Assembly: GCF_006345805.1 (NCBI RefSeq)
Contig: NC_042999.1
Coordinates: 151,280,001 to 151,344,000 of the forward strand
Direction of reading: 5' to 3'
Length of the DNA: 64,000 nucleotides
From: Octopus sinensis
Lineage: Eukaryota
How positions within the stretch are numbered: the first letter of the stretch is position 1; each line of letters opens with the position of its first letter. Below, piece by piece: positions 50,621-62,308 of this stretch. A model generated the notes under the pieces. The model saw only the letters and a list, made by a program, of their open reading frames with translations, had not been told where the DNA came from and ran no database searches. The position numbers and the translations under genes are program-made.

Positions 50621-51191
50621 TTATTAAATATTTTCTGTTTTTTATTCAAAACGCGAGTTATTTAATCGGTGTTATTTTTCATAGAATCCTCATTCTAAAC
50701 ATCTTCCTCCTGCTTGTCTTAATCATCATCACCATCACCACCATCTTTGTCGTCATCGTCGTCATCATCATCATCATCATCATCATCACATCATCATCAC
50801 ATCATCATCATCATCATCAACTTCATCTTCTAAAAAAGGTGGTTTATTTATTTCTTTGGAGTGGTAATTCCTTCAAGTTGAGTCTAGAAGAAGAAAATTC
50901 AAGACAAGTTTATAATAAGGTATTTAAGATATATGCATGCATACATGTGTACGTGCTTGTGTGTGCATGCGTGTAGGCTACAAATAGGTGGACACATAGA
51001 CGGCACAGCTTTCCAAACAAGGGTATTTTCTGAAACTGCGAGAATTCCCCAGTTTGAATAGCTGATGGAGGGTAAATTCCACGTTTCTTCCGCCATTAAC
51101 ATACTTCCACGTTTGTGTGTAAGTACTCCCGTTTATATATATCAATGATCACAGCCCTTTTTCAATTACAATATGCATATATATGTATATA

Positions 51192-51267
<76 letters not shown>

Positions 51268-51418
51268 ATGTGTGTGTGTGTGTGTGTGGGTGTGTGTGTG
51301 TGTATTCTATGTAACCAATGTATTTTCAAAAGTTCACTTCTGTCTGATGATCAGTGACGTGAAACCTGCCATAACGATTTGTAAAGTATTTTGACTTTAA
51401 GTTCCTTTCTATATATAT

Positions 51419-51469
<51 letters not shown>

Positions 51470-51514
51470 GAAAGAATGGAGTTGAACGACGATTAACAAA
51501 ATTCCTTTATTTTA

Positions 51515-51596
51515 TTTTCGACATATGTTTCGAAGGCTGCATATCCTAATTTCGAAGGAATAAGGGGTGCATTATGCCGCCTTCTCATCAGGAAAA
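51515..51596 (-). ncRNA. Mirror-image copy of the same hammerhead ribozyme
   Basis: Near-identical reverse complement of 51679-51761, with core and stems intact. Confidence 0.85.
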
Positions 51597-51678
51597 GTAA
51601 GGAACTTATCGCTATGGGCTCCGCGTGGCAGGCATCTAAACAATTTTGTGCATCTTGATGCTGACATAAGTTCCTTAC

Positions 51679-51761
51679 TTTTCCTGATGAGAAGGCGGCA
51701 TAATGCACCCCTAATTCCTTCGAAATTAGGAATATGCAGCCTTCGAAACATATGTCGAAAA
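51679..51761 (+). ncRNA. Canonical type I hammerhead ribozyme with long stem II
   Basis: UUUUC-CUGAUGA-GAAGGC...GCCUUC-GAAAC-AUAU-GUC/GAAAA. Predicted cleavage is after 51756. Confidence 0.85.
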
Positions 51762-51967
51762 TAAAATAAAGGAATTTTGTTAATTCGTCGTTCAACTCCA
51801 TTCTTTCATTTATTTTTATTCAAAAAAACACACAAATTTCCACACGATAGCACGTGATCTCTGCCCTAGGCATGTAGCTTCAACCGTGTTTTTCTGACGT
51901 GAATTTGCTACCCAAGTATCGGTTAACCGAATTATCCATAATAAGATAATTCATTCAACTACTCAAT

Positions 51968-52044
<77 letters not shown>

Positions 52045-52047
<3 letters not shown>

Positions 52048-53740
52048 TACCGTCAGAAATTAATTAGCACCCTTGATTTGCTCTTCACTCAAGATATTTG
52101 CTGTCACCTAGTGGCCATATCTCGAACTATTGCTTTGTTGCGAGTTCACTGTTGTGCAGAACGATGACGTAACTTTGTTTGCAGAGCGGTTTGAGAGTCT
52201 ACAGCCTAATGATGTTGACATAGCAGTGCAACAACAACTTGGAGTGCGGATGCAGACAAATCTTCCTTTGTTTAATAGATATAGGTAGCGCCTCGCAAGG
52301 ACCGAAATAACACCGTACTAAGTTTTCTCATCGCGTAAGATGTTTTGAACAGCTCGTAGGTTAATTGATTTGTGTATTTGCAAGATTTTTTTTCCTCACA
52401 AATTCTCCTACACTCTGCTTGGTGACGTCACTTCCGGTTCACAAAACTTTCTGTTATACATCAAATAAGGTGAGAAATTCTGCTTCTTTCTTTTTTGTTT
52501 CATGAATAATAACTCATAGCAGTTTTGTTATAGCATAACATTATTCAAATGAATAGTTTTAATGAAAATATCTGGTTTTTATCGTTCATTCCTAGATGGG
52601 CCCAAGACCTCGCATGACCTTGGAGAGACGGTACGAGGCTCTCTCGTGGCGTGGGAAGCTGTCGGAGGCTGCAATAGCCAGAAAACTTGGTGTAGCCAGG
52701 CGCACAATTCAGTGCTTATTTAAGAAATACGAGGAAACCGGATCAGCAGCTGACAAAAAGGGTAGGGGACGGAAGAGGCTGACGACCCAGCGGGAGGGCC
52801 GGATGCTGATCTGAAAGTCACTGTACAACCGAAGGGCAACGAGCCGGCAACTGGCGGAGGAGATGCAAAAGATGACAGGGAAGCAGTTGTCTACAACCAC
52901 CGTCACTGGAAGCTGGTCTAAAATCCTGTAGGGCCGCCCGTAAGCCGCTCCTTACAGCCCAAAACCGGAAGAGGCGGCTGCTCTGGGCCCGTGCCCACAA
53001 GATATGGACCGTGCAGTAGTGGCGGACAGTGATGTTCACTGACGAGTCGCGATTCAGTCTCGTCAGTGTCAAGCCTGTCCATGTGCGACGCCGCAGGGGT
53101 GAGCGCTTCAACAAAGACTGCATTGCTCCCACCATGAAGCATGGTGGGGGTAGGCTGATGGTGTGAGGGGCGTTCAGCTACAGTGGTGTTGGGCGGCTCT
53201 ATGCCGTCGAAGGCAACATCAACGCAGCAAAGTACGTTGAGATAGTACGGGATACCTCTTTGGTGGCGAGGAGTACGTGCTCCAGCAGGACAACGCGCCT
53301 TCCCACACAGCCAAGCTCACAACCGGTTTCTTCAAGGACCATGGGGTGACGATCATGGACTGGCCTGGCCAGTCACCTGACCTGAACCCTATTGAGAACC
53401 TCTGGAGTCGATTGGGTAGGGATTTGAATGTGCAGCAATACAGGAACCGACACGAGCTGTTTGGGGCACTTCTTGCTGCATGGAGGGCCATCCCTGCACA
53501 GTACCTGCAGGCACTCATAGACAGCATGCCGACCCGCGTAGCAGCTGTCATTGCTGCCAAAGGAGGAGCAACAAGATATTGACTAAATTTCACGATTAAT
53601 AACAATTATGTGGTGTGCTGGGATATGTTTTAATAAATTTTTGATTAAAAACGTGTTTGTTTCTGATAAGTTAATTAAATTAAAAAAATGTAAGAAAATG
53701 TAGAAATTTGAGAAGTGCTAATTAATTTCCGACGCAAGTG
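52045..53740 (+). mobile_element. Full-length but defective Tc1/mariner DNA transposon (DD34E)
   Basis: The 26-bp TIRs CACTACCGTCAGAAATTAATTAGCAC (52045-52070) and the reverse complement of 53715-53740 (CACTTGCGTCGGAAATTAATTAGCAC) differ at 3 positions. Both ends are flanked by TA. Confidence 0.92.
52596..53582 (+). pseudogene. Tc1 transposase pseudogene
   Basis: HTH region (IARKLGVARRTIQ, GRGRKRLT), FTDESRF, KHGGGRLMV*GAF, QQDNAPSH and WPGQSPDLNPIENLW, with 34 residues between D and E. There are premature TGA codons (52812, about 53164) and frameshifts. Confidence 0.9.
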
Positions 53741-53820
53741 TATATATATATATATATATACATATATACATATACATACATACATACATACATACATACA
53801 TACATACATACATACATACA

Positions 53821-53853
<33 letters not shown>

Positions 53854-53904
53854 GCCCAATTCAAGATCACAGCATACGTGTACACTGCAGCATAATTTCT
53901 TTTT

Positions 53905-54170
53905 CTCAATTTAACATTGTCTTATTTAACATTGTCCCGAAAGAGACCAAAGGAAAAGGATCCCATCAACTTTAAACGGAGTCTGGATAGATTCCTTCAA
54001 GGAATACCAGATAAGCCACCCATAATTGGATACAACTCACCCAACAAAAACTCACTACTTGAATGGACCATAAACAAAACTTGACTTAAACAGGATTCAA
54101 ATAATCCTATCAGGTGGTGCTATTAAGTTAGACATGGCCTGGACCAATGTTTGGTCGAAACATATTTAAG
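53905..54170 (+). mobile_element. 3' fragment of a second CR1-group LINE family
   Basis: With one frameshift it translates to LFNIVPKETKGKDPINFKRSLDRFLQGIPDKP...NKNSLLEW, homologous to the C-terminus of the 672-aa ORF. Its tail AAGTTAGACATGGCCTGGACCAATGTTTGGTCGAAACATA recurs in diverged, inverted form at about 22898-22942. Confidence 0.7.
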
Positions 54171-54274
54171 TTTTATCTATATATATATATATATATCTTT
54201 CTCTCATTCTCACTCTTTCCATACGTACACGCATGTATGTATATGTATATATATATGCATATGATTATACATAC

Positions 54275-54320
<46 letters not shown>

Positions 54321-54546
54321 ATATATATATATAATATATATATATTTCCTTTCCTGAGCGTCCAATAACACTATACTTGTTCCACGTCCTCGCGTTGTTG
54401 TGTTTTCTCTTTGTGTTTTCATCTTTGGATAACTATATATATATATATATATATATATAGTTGAAATTTACAGAAAAACAAAAGATGAAGACGTGTATAA
54501 ACAACAAGTAGGTTTATTGGTTTGACACTCGGGAAGGTGAGAAAGT

Positions 54547-54582
54547 CTCTTACGTTTCGAGCCTACGCTCTTCAACAGAAAG
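54547..54582 (-). ncRNA. Hammerhead-like motif, CUGUUGA core (element about 54459-54590)
   Basis: CUUU-CUGUUGA-A-GAGC(GUAG)GCUC-GAAACGUA/AGAG. Confidence 0.55.
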
Positions 54583-54715
54583 AAACACGATGAAATATGT
54601 AACTAAAAAGACTAAACCTTTAAGTCATACAATAACTAAGTCCTACAGTCTTCCATAGAATAATATAAAAGTGAAAGCTTAGTATATATATGTGTGTATA
54701 TATATATATACGTGT

Positions 54716-54777
<62 letters not shown>

Positions 54778-54789
54778 ATGTATGTATGT

Positions 54790-55146
54790 AGCACTCCGTC
54801 GATTACGACGACGTGGGTTTCAGTTGATCTGATCAACGGAACAGTCTGCTCATGAAATTAACGTGCAAGTGGCTTAGCACTCCACAGACACGTCTACCCT
54901 TAACGTAGTTCTCAGGGAGATTCAGCGTGACACAAAGTGTCACATGGCTGGCTCTTTGAAATACAGGTACAACAGAAACAGGAAGAAAGAGTGAGAGAAA
55001 GTTGTGGTGAAAGAGCATAGCAGGGTTCACCCAGTGCCGGAGCTACGTGGTGCTTTAGGTGTTTTCGCTCAATAAACTCAACACCCGGTCTGGGAATTGA
55101 AACCGCGAGTCCGCCGCCCTAACCACTGGGTCATTGCGCCTTCACA
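54790..55146 (-). mobile_element. SINE family C
   Basis: Reverse complement of 38298-38681 with deletions. Confidence 0.8.
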
Positions 55147-55190
55147 TGCGCACACACACATACACACACACACTCAAACACACACGCACA

Positions 55191-55307
55191 CAGGGCGGGG
55201 CAAAATGACGTGACACATTTGTAGGTTTAATAAAAGCGAAATAGAGAAAAGAATGACAAAAATGTTATTAAACCTAGAAATGTGTCAGATCATTTTGCCC
55301 CACCCTG
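55191..55307. mobile_element. Short Tc1/mariner-like MITE
   Basis: Arms of about 43 bp: CAGGGCGGGGCAAAATGACGTGACACATTTGTAGGTTTAATAA and TTATTAAACCTAGAAATGTGTCAGATCATTTTGCCCCACCCTG. A TA duplication is not evident. Confidence 0.65.
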
Positions 55308-56315
55308 ATCATATATATATATATATATCTAATATATATATATTAGATATATATAAAGGAAAATAAAGGAGATTTGTTAACAAGTCGTTCAACTCCATTC
55401 TTTCATAAACTTATATTTTTAAAATAAACATACAAATTTCCGCACGAAAGCACGTAGTCTATGCCCTAGGGACGTAACTTCAACCGTGTTCTTTCTGATG
55501 TGAATTTGCTACCCAGGTATCGGTTATCTTTCGAATTATCCTTAATACGATAATTCATTCAACTACTCAAATATATATCTCTCTATATATATATGTACAT
55601 ATATATACACATGTATAATCGCTATAGCAGTAGTTCTTAATTGGGGTCTATATGATCCGGATGGGACCGTATAAGATTTTGTGGCTAAAATTTATGTTCA
55701 AAACTTGCTGTTACTTCTACAATACACGGAATATTCTAGCAATTTTTTAATACAATTCCTAATAATATTTAATCTAAGAATGTAGATGTTTTAGTGAACC
55801 TGGTGGTTTTAATATGTAATTATTACATAATGACGAAACAGTGTGTAGCTCATATTGTGTGTGTATGTGTGTGTGTGCGCGCGCGCGCGTGCGTGCGTGC
55901 GTGCGTGCGTGCGTGTGTATAACAACTCATTTCAGTTGTTCCACTTTTCAAGAAGAGGAAGAAGGCTGAAGAAGTAAAAAGAAGGCGACTCCAACCAAGA
56001 CCACCACCAGATATTAATTATTAGCAACGGAAGCTGTATTAATGCCAAAAGGTAATCTTCATCTCAGACTTAACCTAGATGTCTCGTTAGAACACTTGAT
56101 ACTGCGTTATTAGTCTTGAGAGATCCTCTCATAGGGGCAGTTGTACTTTTTGCACCAAACGCCAATATGAGAAGAGCCCTGAAGACTAATGTCGCAGTAT
56201 TTCGTCTTCTAAAAACATCCATATTAAGTTGGATATATATATGTGACCGCGTGTGTACCGTTGGCGATTTTTTTTTCCCTCTGTCTTCCCTTCTCTGGAT
56301 TTTTCCTTCTCCTAT

Positions 56316-56350
56316 GTTTCCGACGAAGAGCTCCGCTCGAAACGTTAAAC
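56316..56350 (+). ncRNA. Hammerhead-like motif with CCGACGA (U4C) core (element about 56240-56442)
   Basis: GUUU-CCGACGA-A-GAGC(UCC)GCUC-GAAACGUU/AAAC. Confidence 0.55.
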
Positions 56351-56594
56351 CCTCCTTCTTTCCTGAGCGTCCAATAATACTATATTTGTTCCACGTCCTC
56401 GCGTTGTTGTGTTTTTTTGTGCTTTCATGTTTGGATTAACTATATATATATATATTATATATAAATTCAACAACAATTGAGGAACGGCCACAATAGGCCG
56501 TTCGACCCACTAGAAAGAGCAGCCAGGACTCCAACCGCAAATAGTAGTAATTCCGAAATTTAAGGAAAATTAAAAGAACATTTACCCTATTCAT

Positions 56595-56645
<51 letters not shown>

Positions 56646-56651
56646 GTAAAG

Positions 56652-56995
56652 GAAAGGTAAAGACACCTTTGGTCATGAATGACCATGGGATTGCACCAAG
56701 AAAGTTACCCTCCTAGGCAGGTTGTTTTATGGAAATTCAGTAAGGTTGTTTATGGAAGACCTGCAGTCACCCATGCATACCAGCCTCTCCTCTACATGCC
56801 ATTGATGTTATCCAAGGGAAAGGCAAAGGCTGATACAGCTTGGCACCTGTGACGTCGCAACTCATTTCTACAGCTGAGTGAACTGGAGCAACGTGAGATA
56901 AAGTGTCTTGCTCAAGAACACAACACACAACCCAGTCCAGGTATCGAACTCACAACCACATTATTGTAAGTCCGGTGCTCTAACGCCTGAGCCTA
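56652..56995 (-). mobile_element. SINE family D
   Basis: Homologous to 46912-47185, with the head GCTCAGGCGTTAGAGCACCGG...GAGTTCGATACC. Confidence 0.8.
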
Positions 56996-57003
56996 CACAC
57001 ACA

Positions 57004-57046
<43 letters not shown>

Positions 57047-57395
57047 CATATATATATATATACACACACACATACATGCATACATGCACACACATACACA
57101 CACATATATATATACATATTTACATAATGCATACATACATACACACACATATACACATGCACACTCATATATAAATAGATATACACATATGTACATACAT
57201 ATATACATACAAAGACTTGCCGTTGAGTTAACTACATACGTGGGAGTCATCAAAGCTAATGAGACCAACGAAGTGCAACAAGGGACCTTTGGAGAAACCA
57301 AAATAGGTAATTTAGGTTAAATGACTTTTTTCTTTGTCAGCCTAATAAGTCAGTACTCTGAGTCAGTTGTGACTCTAGGTATATGCGAGGGGTGA

Positions 57396-57430
<35 letters not shown>

Positions 57431-57654
57431 ACTTAATGTTTGTAAGAAATTACACCAGTCAACTAATTAGATGACATATCAGAGCATGTGTATTGTGTGT
57501 GTGTGTGTGTGTGTGTGTGTGCTTAAACATCATTTGGTGTTAAAGAAAATTACTCCAGCCTAGTAATTAGACTAAACATACTAATATCTCCATTTAATGT
57601 TCATTTCCAGATACAAGCATACTCTCAAATACACACACGCACACACACACACAC

Positions 57655-57697
<43 letters not shown>

Positions 57698-58169
57698 TAC
57701 AACTGTGCAATATGTACACACGTATCTACCCAATTACACATGGATATTTTCAGGTTTCTTGCTTAAGGGTCAACAGAACAACAGTAGAAGGGTCAGTCCT
57801 TAGATGATGAAAGGAGAACTTGTTGGTATTTAGAGAACAATAACCTCGGATTTAGCTTTGATAACTCTTCTAGCTGTCGAAAACATATCAAAATGAAACA
57901 ATGAAATCTGAAGAAATTAATTACGGTCTTCTGCGCTGACAAACAGGGAATACAGACAATTCACAAGGATAGAGTATGGTACGTATTTACTCCTGCATGA
58001 GTCACATTTCTTTATACTTGCCTTTGACTGAAAAGCTGAGGGACAGACTTTTACACGGGGCAAAGTTAAAATCAAAATTTGAATATTAACCATTACCGGT
58101 GGATGGCTTATTTTTCTCTGTACCGTAGCACCGCTCTACCGATGGAGTGCATCTGGAAGCCATGTATAT

Positions 58170-58581
58170 CTCTTTACTCTCTTACTTGTTTCAGTCATTA
58201 CTTGTTTCACTCTTACTTGTTTCAGACTGCGGCCATGCTGGAGCACCGTCTTTAGTCGAGCAAATCGGCCACAGAACTTATTCTTTGTAAGCCTAGTAGT
58301 TATTCTATCGGTTTCTTTTTTCCGAACTGCTAAGTTACAGAGACGTAAACACACCAGCATCGGTTGTCAAGCGATGTTGGGGGGTCAAACACAGACACAC
58401 AAACACACAAACATATACATATATTCGACGGGCTTCTTTCAGTTTCGTCTACCAAATCTACTCACAAGGCTTTGGTCGGCCCGAGGCTATAGTAGAAGAC
58501 ACTTACCCAAGGTGCCACGCAGTGGGACTGAACCCGAAACTATGTGGTTGGTAAGCAAGCTACTTACCACACAGCCACTCT
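58170..58581 (-). mobile_element. SINE family A, full length
   Basis: Same head, body and tail, with a duplicated tail unit. Confidence 0.9.
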
Positions 58582-58633
58582 TGCAGATCAAATACTGTTC
58601 AGGACGTCAGGGCTCAAAGGTTTAAGACAATAA

Positions 58634-59810
58634 GGCGAGCGCTGGCAGAATCGTAAACACGCATTTCATCCTTTCGGGATCGATAAAAAAATGCAGTTAA
58701 GCACAGTGGCCGATTTAATCGGCTTACCTCTTCCTCCGAAATTACCGGCCTTGTGCCACAATTTGGAATAAAGTGAGAGCCGCAGACTCATTAGCACATC
58801 GGCCAAAATGCTTAGAGGCATTTCCTCCGTCTTTATGTTCTGAGTTCGCATTCCGCTGAGGTCGACTTTGCCTTTGGTCTTTTCGGGGTCCATAAAATAA
58901 ATAGCAGCTGAGCATTGGAGTCGATGTAATCAACTTAACCCCTCCCCCGAAATTGCTGATCTCGGCCAAAATTTGAAACCAAATTATACACGACTAAATA
59001 CGGTAAATAACGCTCTGAGGAAGGCGGCAAGCTAGCAGAAACATTAGCACGCCGGGCGAAATGCGTAGCCGTATTTCGTCTGCCGTTATGCTCTGAGTTC
59101 AAATTCCGTCAAGGTCGACTTTGCCTTTCATCCTTTCGGGGTCGATAAACTAAGTACCAGTTACGCACTGTGATCGATGTAATCGACTTAATCCCTTTGT
59201 CTGTCCTTGTTTGTCCCCTCTGTGTCTAGCCCCTTGTGGGTAGTAAAGAAATAGGTACTTCGTCTGTCTTTATGTTCTGAGTTCAAATTCCACAGAGGTC
59301 GACTTTGCCTTTCATCCTTTTGGGGTCGATAAATTAAGTACCAGTTTCGTACTAGAGTCGATCTAATCGACTGGCCCCCTCCCCCAAAATTTCGGGTCCC
59401 TTGCCTAGAGTAGAAAAGAATAACTGTTACTTTTGTAAGGCATTGAGCTGGGAGAAACGTTAGCATACCGGTCGAAATGCTTAGCGGTATTTCGTCTGCC
59501 GTTACGTTCTGAATTCAAATTCCGCCGAGGTCGACTTTGCATTTCATCCTTTCGTGGTACCAGTTACGCACTGGGGTTGATGTAATCGACTTAATCCGTT
59601 TGTCTGTCCTTGTTTGTCCTCTCTGTGTTTAGCCCCTTGTGGGTAGTAAAGAAATAGGTACTTCGTGTGTCTTTACATTCTGAGTTCAAATTCCGCCGAG
59701 GTCGACTTTGCCTTTCATCCTTTCGAGGTCGATAAATTAAGTACCAGTGAAACACTGGGATCGATATATACAACTAACCCCTCACCTTGTGCCTATAGTA
59801 GAAAGGATAA
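58634..59810 (+). mobile_element. Head-to-tail array of about six SINE family B units
   Basis: Repeated B box and body. Some units restart after GGGTAGTAAAGAAATAGGTA. Confidence 0.85.
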
Positions 59811-60119
59811 TTACTTATTGACGTAAACCGGGGCAGAAGAGAATTCAAGAGTCCAATGACCCTACTTATTCCGAAGCAAACGTGAAGATGCAATGAATGG
59901 GCTGTGTTTGATTGGGGGTGGAGCGTCAGTCACGAGGATGGGCAATATTGAAAAAAATTCAATGTATATTTTATATCTATATGCAAATGATGTACCGAAT
60001 ATTTTGTTTTAAAGTATTGATCGTACTACTGTAAGAAATACTCAGTGTTATAATGGCGGACCAAATATAATTGATTCGCAAACTCCAAGCAACAGGTTCA
60101 ATCTGTTAGAGGCACTGTC

Positions 60120-60144
60120 AGACGATGATGATGATGATGATAAC

Positions 60145-60195
<51 letters not shown>

Positions 60196-60198
60196 AAC

Positions 60199-60236
<38 letters not shown>

Positions 60237-60330
60237 CGATGATAATAGTAACGATGATGATGGTGATGATGATGCTGGTAATGATGACAATGGTAATGAT
60301 GATAATGATGATGATAACGATGATGATAAC

Positions 60331-60363
<33 letters not shown>

Positions 60364-60385
60364 CGTTGTTGTTATTGTCGTTGTT
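60120..60385. repeat. (GAT)n trinucleotide microsatellite
   Basis: Directly visible; source of the poly-M/H/I ORFs. Confidence 0.95.
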
Positions 60386-60737
60386 GTTCTTGCTGCGTTT
60401 GCTCTCCCCCCACCCTCCACCCCAGGCCAATCCTGATCAAACAACAGACTATGGTCGCAGGCGTTCCAATATTGTCTGAGAATTTTCTAATAGCACGATC
60501 GATATTTTAGAACAAAATAATATTGTGTATATCATTTATATATATTATATATATCTATATATATATATATATATATATATATAGATAAATTACATAACGC
60601 ATAGATAAATAGTGTGTGTGTGGTGTGTGGTGTGTGTCAGTGCGCGCGCGAGTACGTGCGTAAATACCATTTATGTAGAACATATGCAATGAATACTACA
60701 TTACAAACACATACACACATATATATATATATATATA

Positions 60738-60776
<39 letters not shown>

Positions 60777-61031
60777 TAGATAGATAAATAGAGATATACA
60801 AGTTACATGCAGAACACACACAAATACATACATGCACATAGTTCTTATACATATATGTATATATTTAAATTAAAAGAAAAACATTATATAGAAATATACA
60901 TACACACACATCCATATATGCATTCAAACACACATACACCCCTACATACATGAATATAAACATACATATATACACACATACATTCATACACGCATACATA
61001 AACATACATTCATACGCACATATATACACAC

Positions 61032-61084
<53 letters not shown>

Positions 61085-61639
61085 CCATACATACATACGA
61101 AAGGGCAACAAGAGAAACAATTAATTTCACAAAAATCGATATGAAAAACAGACTGTTTTTAGACTTCTACAGAATCGATGTTTTCTTTGCCTCCAACAAC
61201 GCTCACAGTTGCCTTCTGAAAGCCACACAACCAAAATATCTCTTCAAGCCATCACTGCTTATCTTATTCATTATCTAAACAATGAACTGCCGTCTTAGGT
61301 CCTTTCTCAAACGTCCCCGCTATCATCGCAAGCACCTACTACATCGTTAATACTCCCTAAACCAGTAAATCTTAGATAATGTATCAAGGCCTAATTGATT
61401 GGAGATTAGAAAAGAGAAAATTTAACATCAATATTGAAGCTGTTTAGGACAACAGGGCTGGCGTGGGTCGATCTTTAATCGGTTGATGTTGCTGATGCCT
61501 TTTATGCTTGTTGCAAGCATGGCGCAACAACTAGGAACCCCAATTGAATCTTTTCAGTGCTGCTTGTGCTTTAAGGGTAGATGCGGTGTGAATCCCAATG
61601 GATTCTAGTGAACAAAAGTAACCCTACGCATAAAAGGGT

Positions 61640-61850
61640 TTCTAACTTAAGCACAAGACTGGGTATTTTGACAGCAGGGGGAGTAATCGATTCCATTGGC
61701 CTCTGTATTTAGACTGATGCTTTACGTTGTTGACCTTCAAAGGATGAAAAGCAAAGGACCTCGGCGGGAATCGAACTCAGAACATGAAGAGTCAGAAAAA
61801 GCATATCACGAAACATTTTTCCGACGCGCTAACGACTATTCTTCCAGCTT
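61640..61850 (-). mobile_element. Diverged SINE family B
   Basis: AGGATGAAAAGCAAAGGACCTCGGCGGGAATCGAACTCAGAAC. Confidence 0.55.
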
Positions 61851-62119
61851 GCAGTACTCGAAACATATTTTGTTGTGTCTGGGGAGAGTGGTTCTCTTTT
61901 AGTGCTTTATTATTTAACACACTTACCGGTAAAGTTTCCACTCATTTACTTATTTATTTTTACCGGTAAGTGTGTTAAATAATAAGGCACTAAAAGAGAA
62001 TGACTCTCCTCAGACACAACAATATATATATATATATATATATACCATGTGATCTCTTGAGCACCACCAGCTCAAATATTTTTCCTCTGTCTTCCTTCTT
62101 TGGGATCTTTCCTCTTGTT

Positions 62120-62153
62120 GTTTCCGACGAGAGCTCCGCTCGAAACGTTAAAC
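62120..62153 (+). ncRNA. Hammerhead-like motif with CCGACGA core (element about 62045-62260)
   Basis: GUUU-CCGACGA-GAGC(UCC)GCUC-GAAACGUU/AAAC. Confidence 0.55.
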
Positions 62154-62254
62154 CTCCTTCCCTTCTTTCCTGAGCGTCAATAATACTTTAATTGTTCCAC
62201 GTCCTGCGTTGGTGTGTTTTTTTTTCTTTTTTTCTGTGTTTTCTCTTGTTTGAT

Positions 62255-62308
<54 letters not shown>

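Noticed and set aside
51338-51375. CTGATGATCAGTGACGTGAAAC hammerhead-like string
   Set aside because: I could not form stem II, helix III or a valid NUH site.
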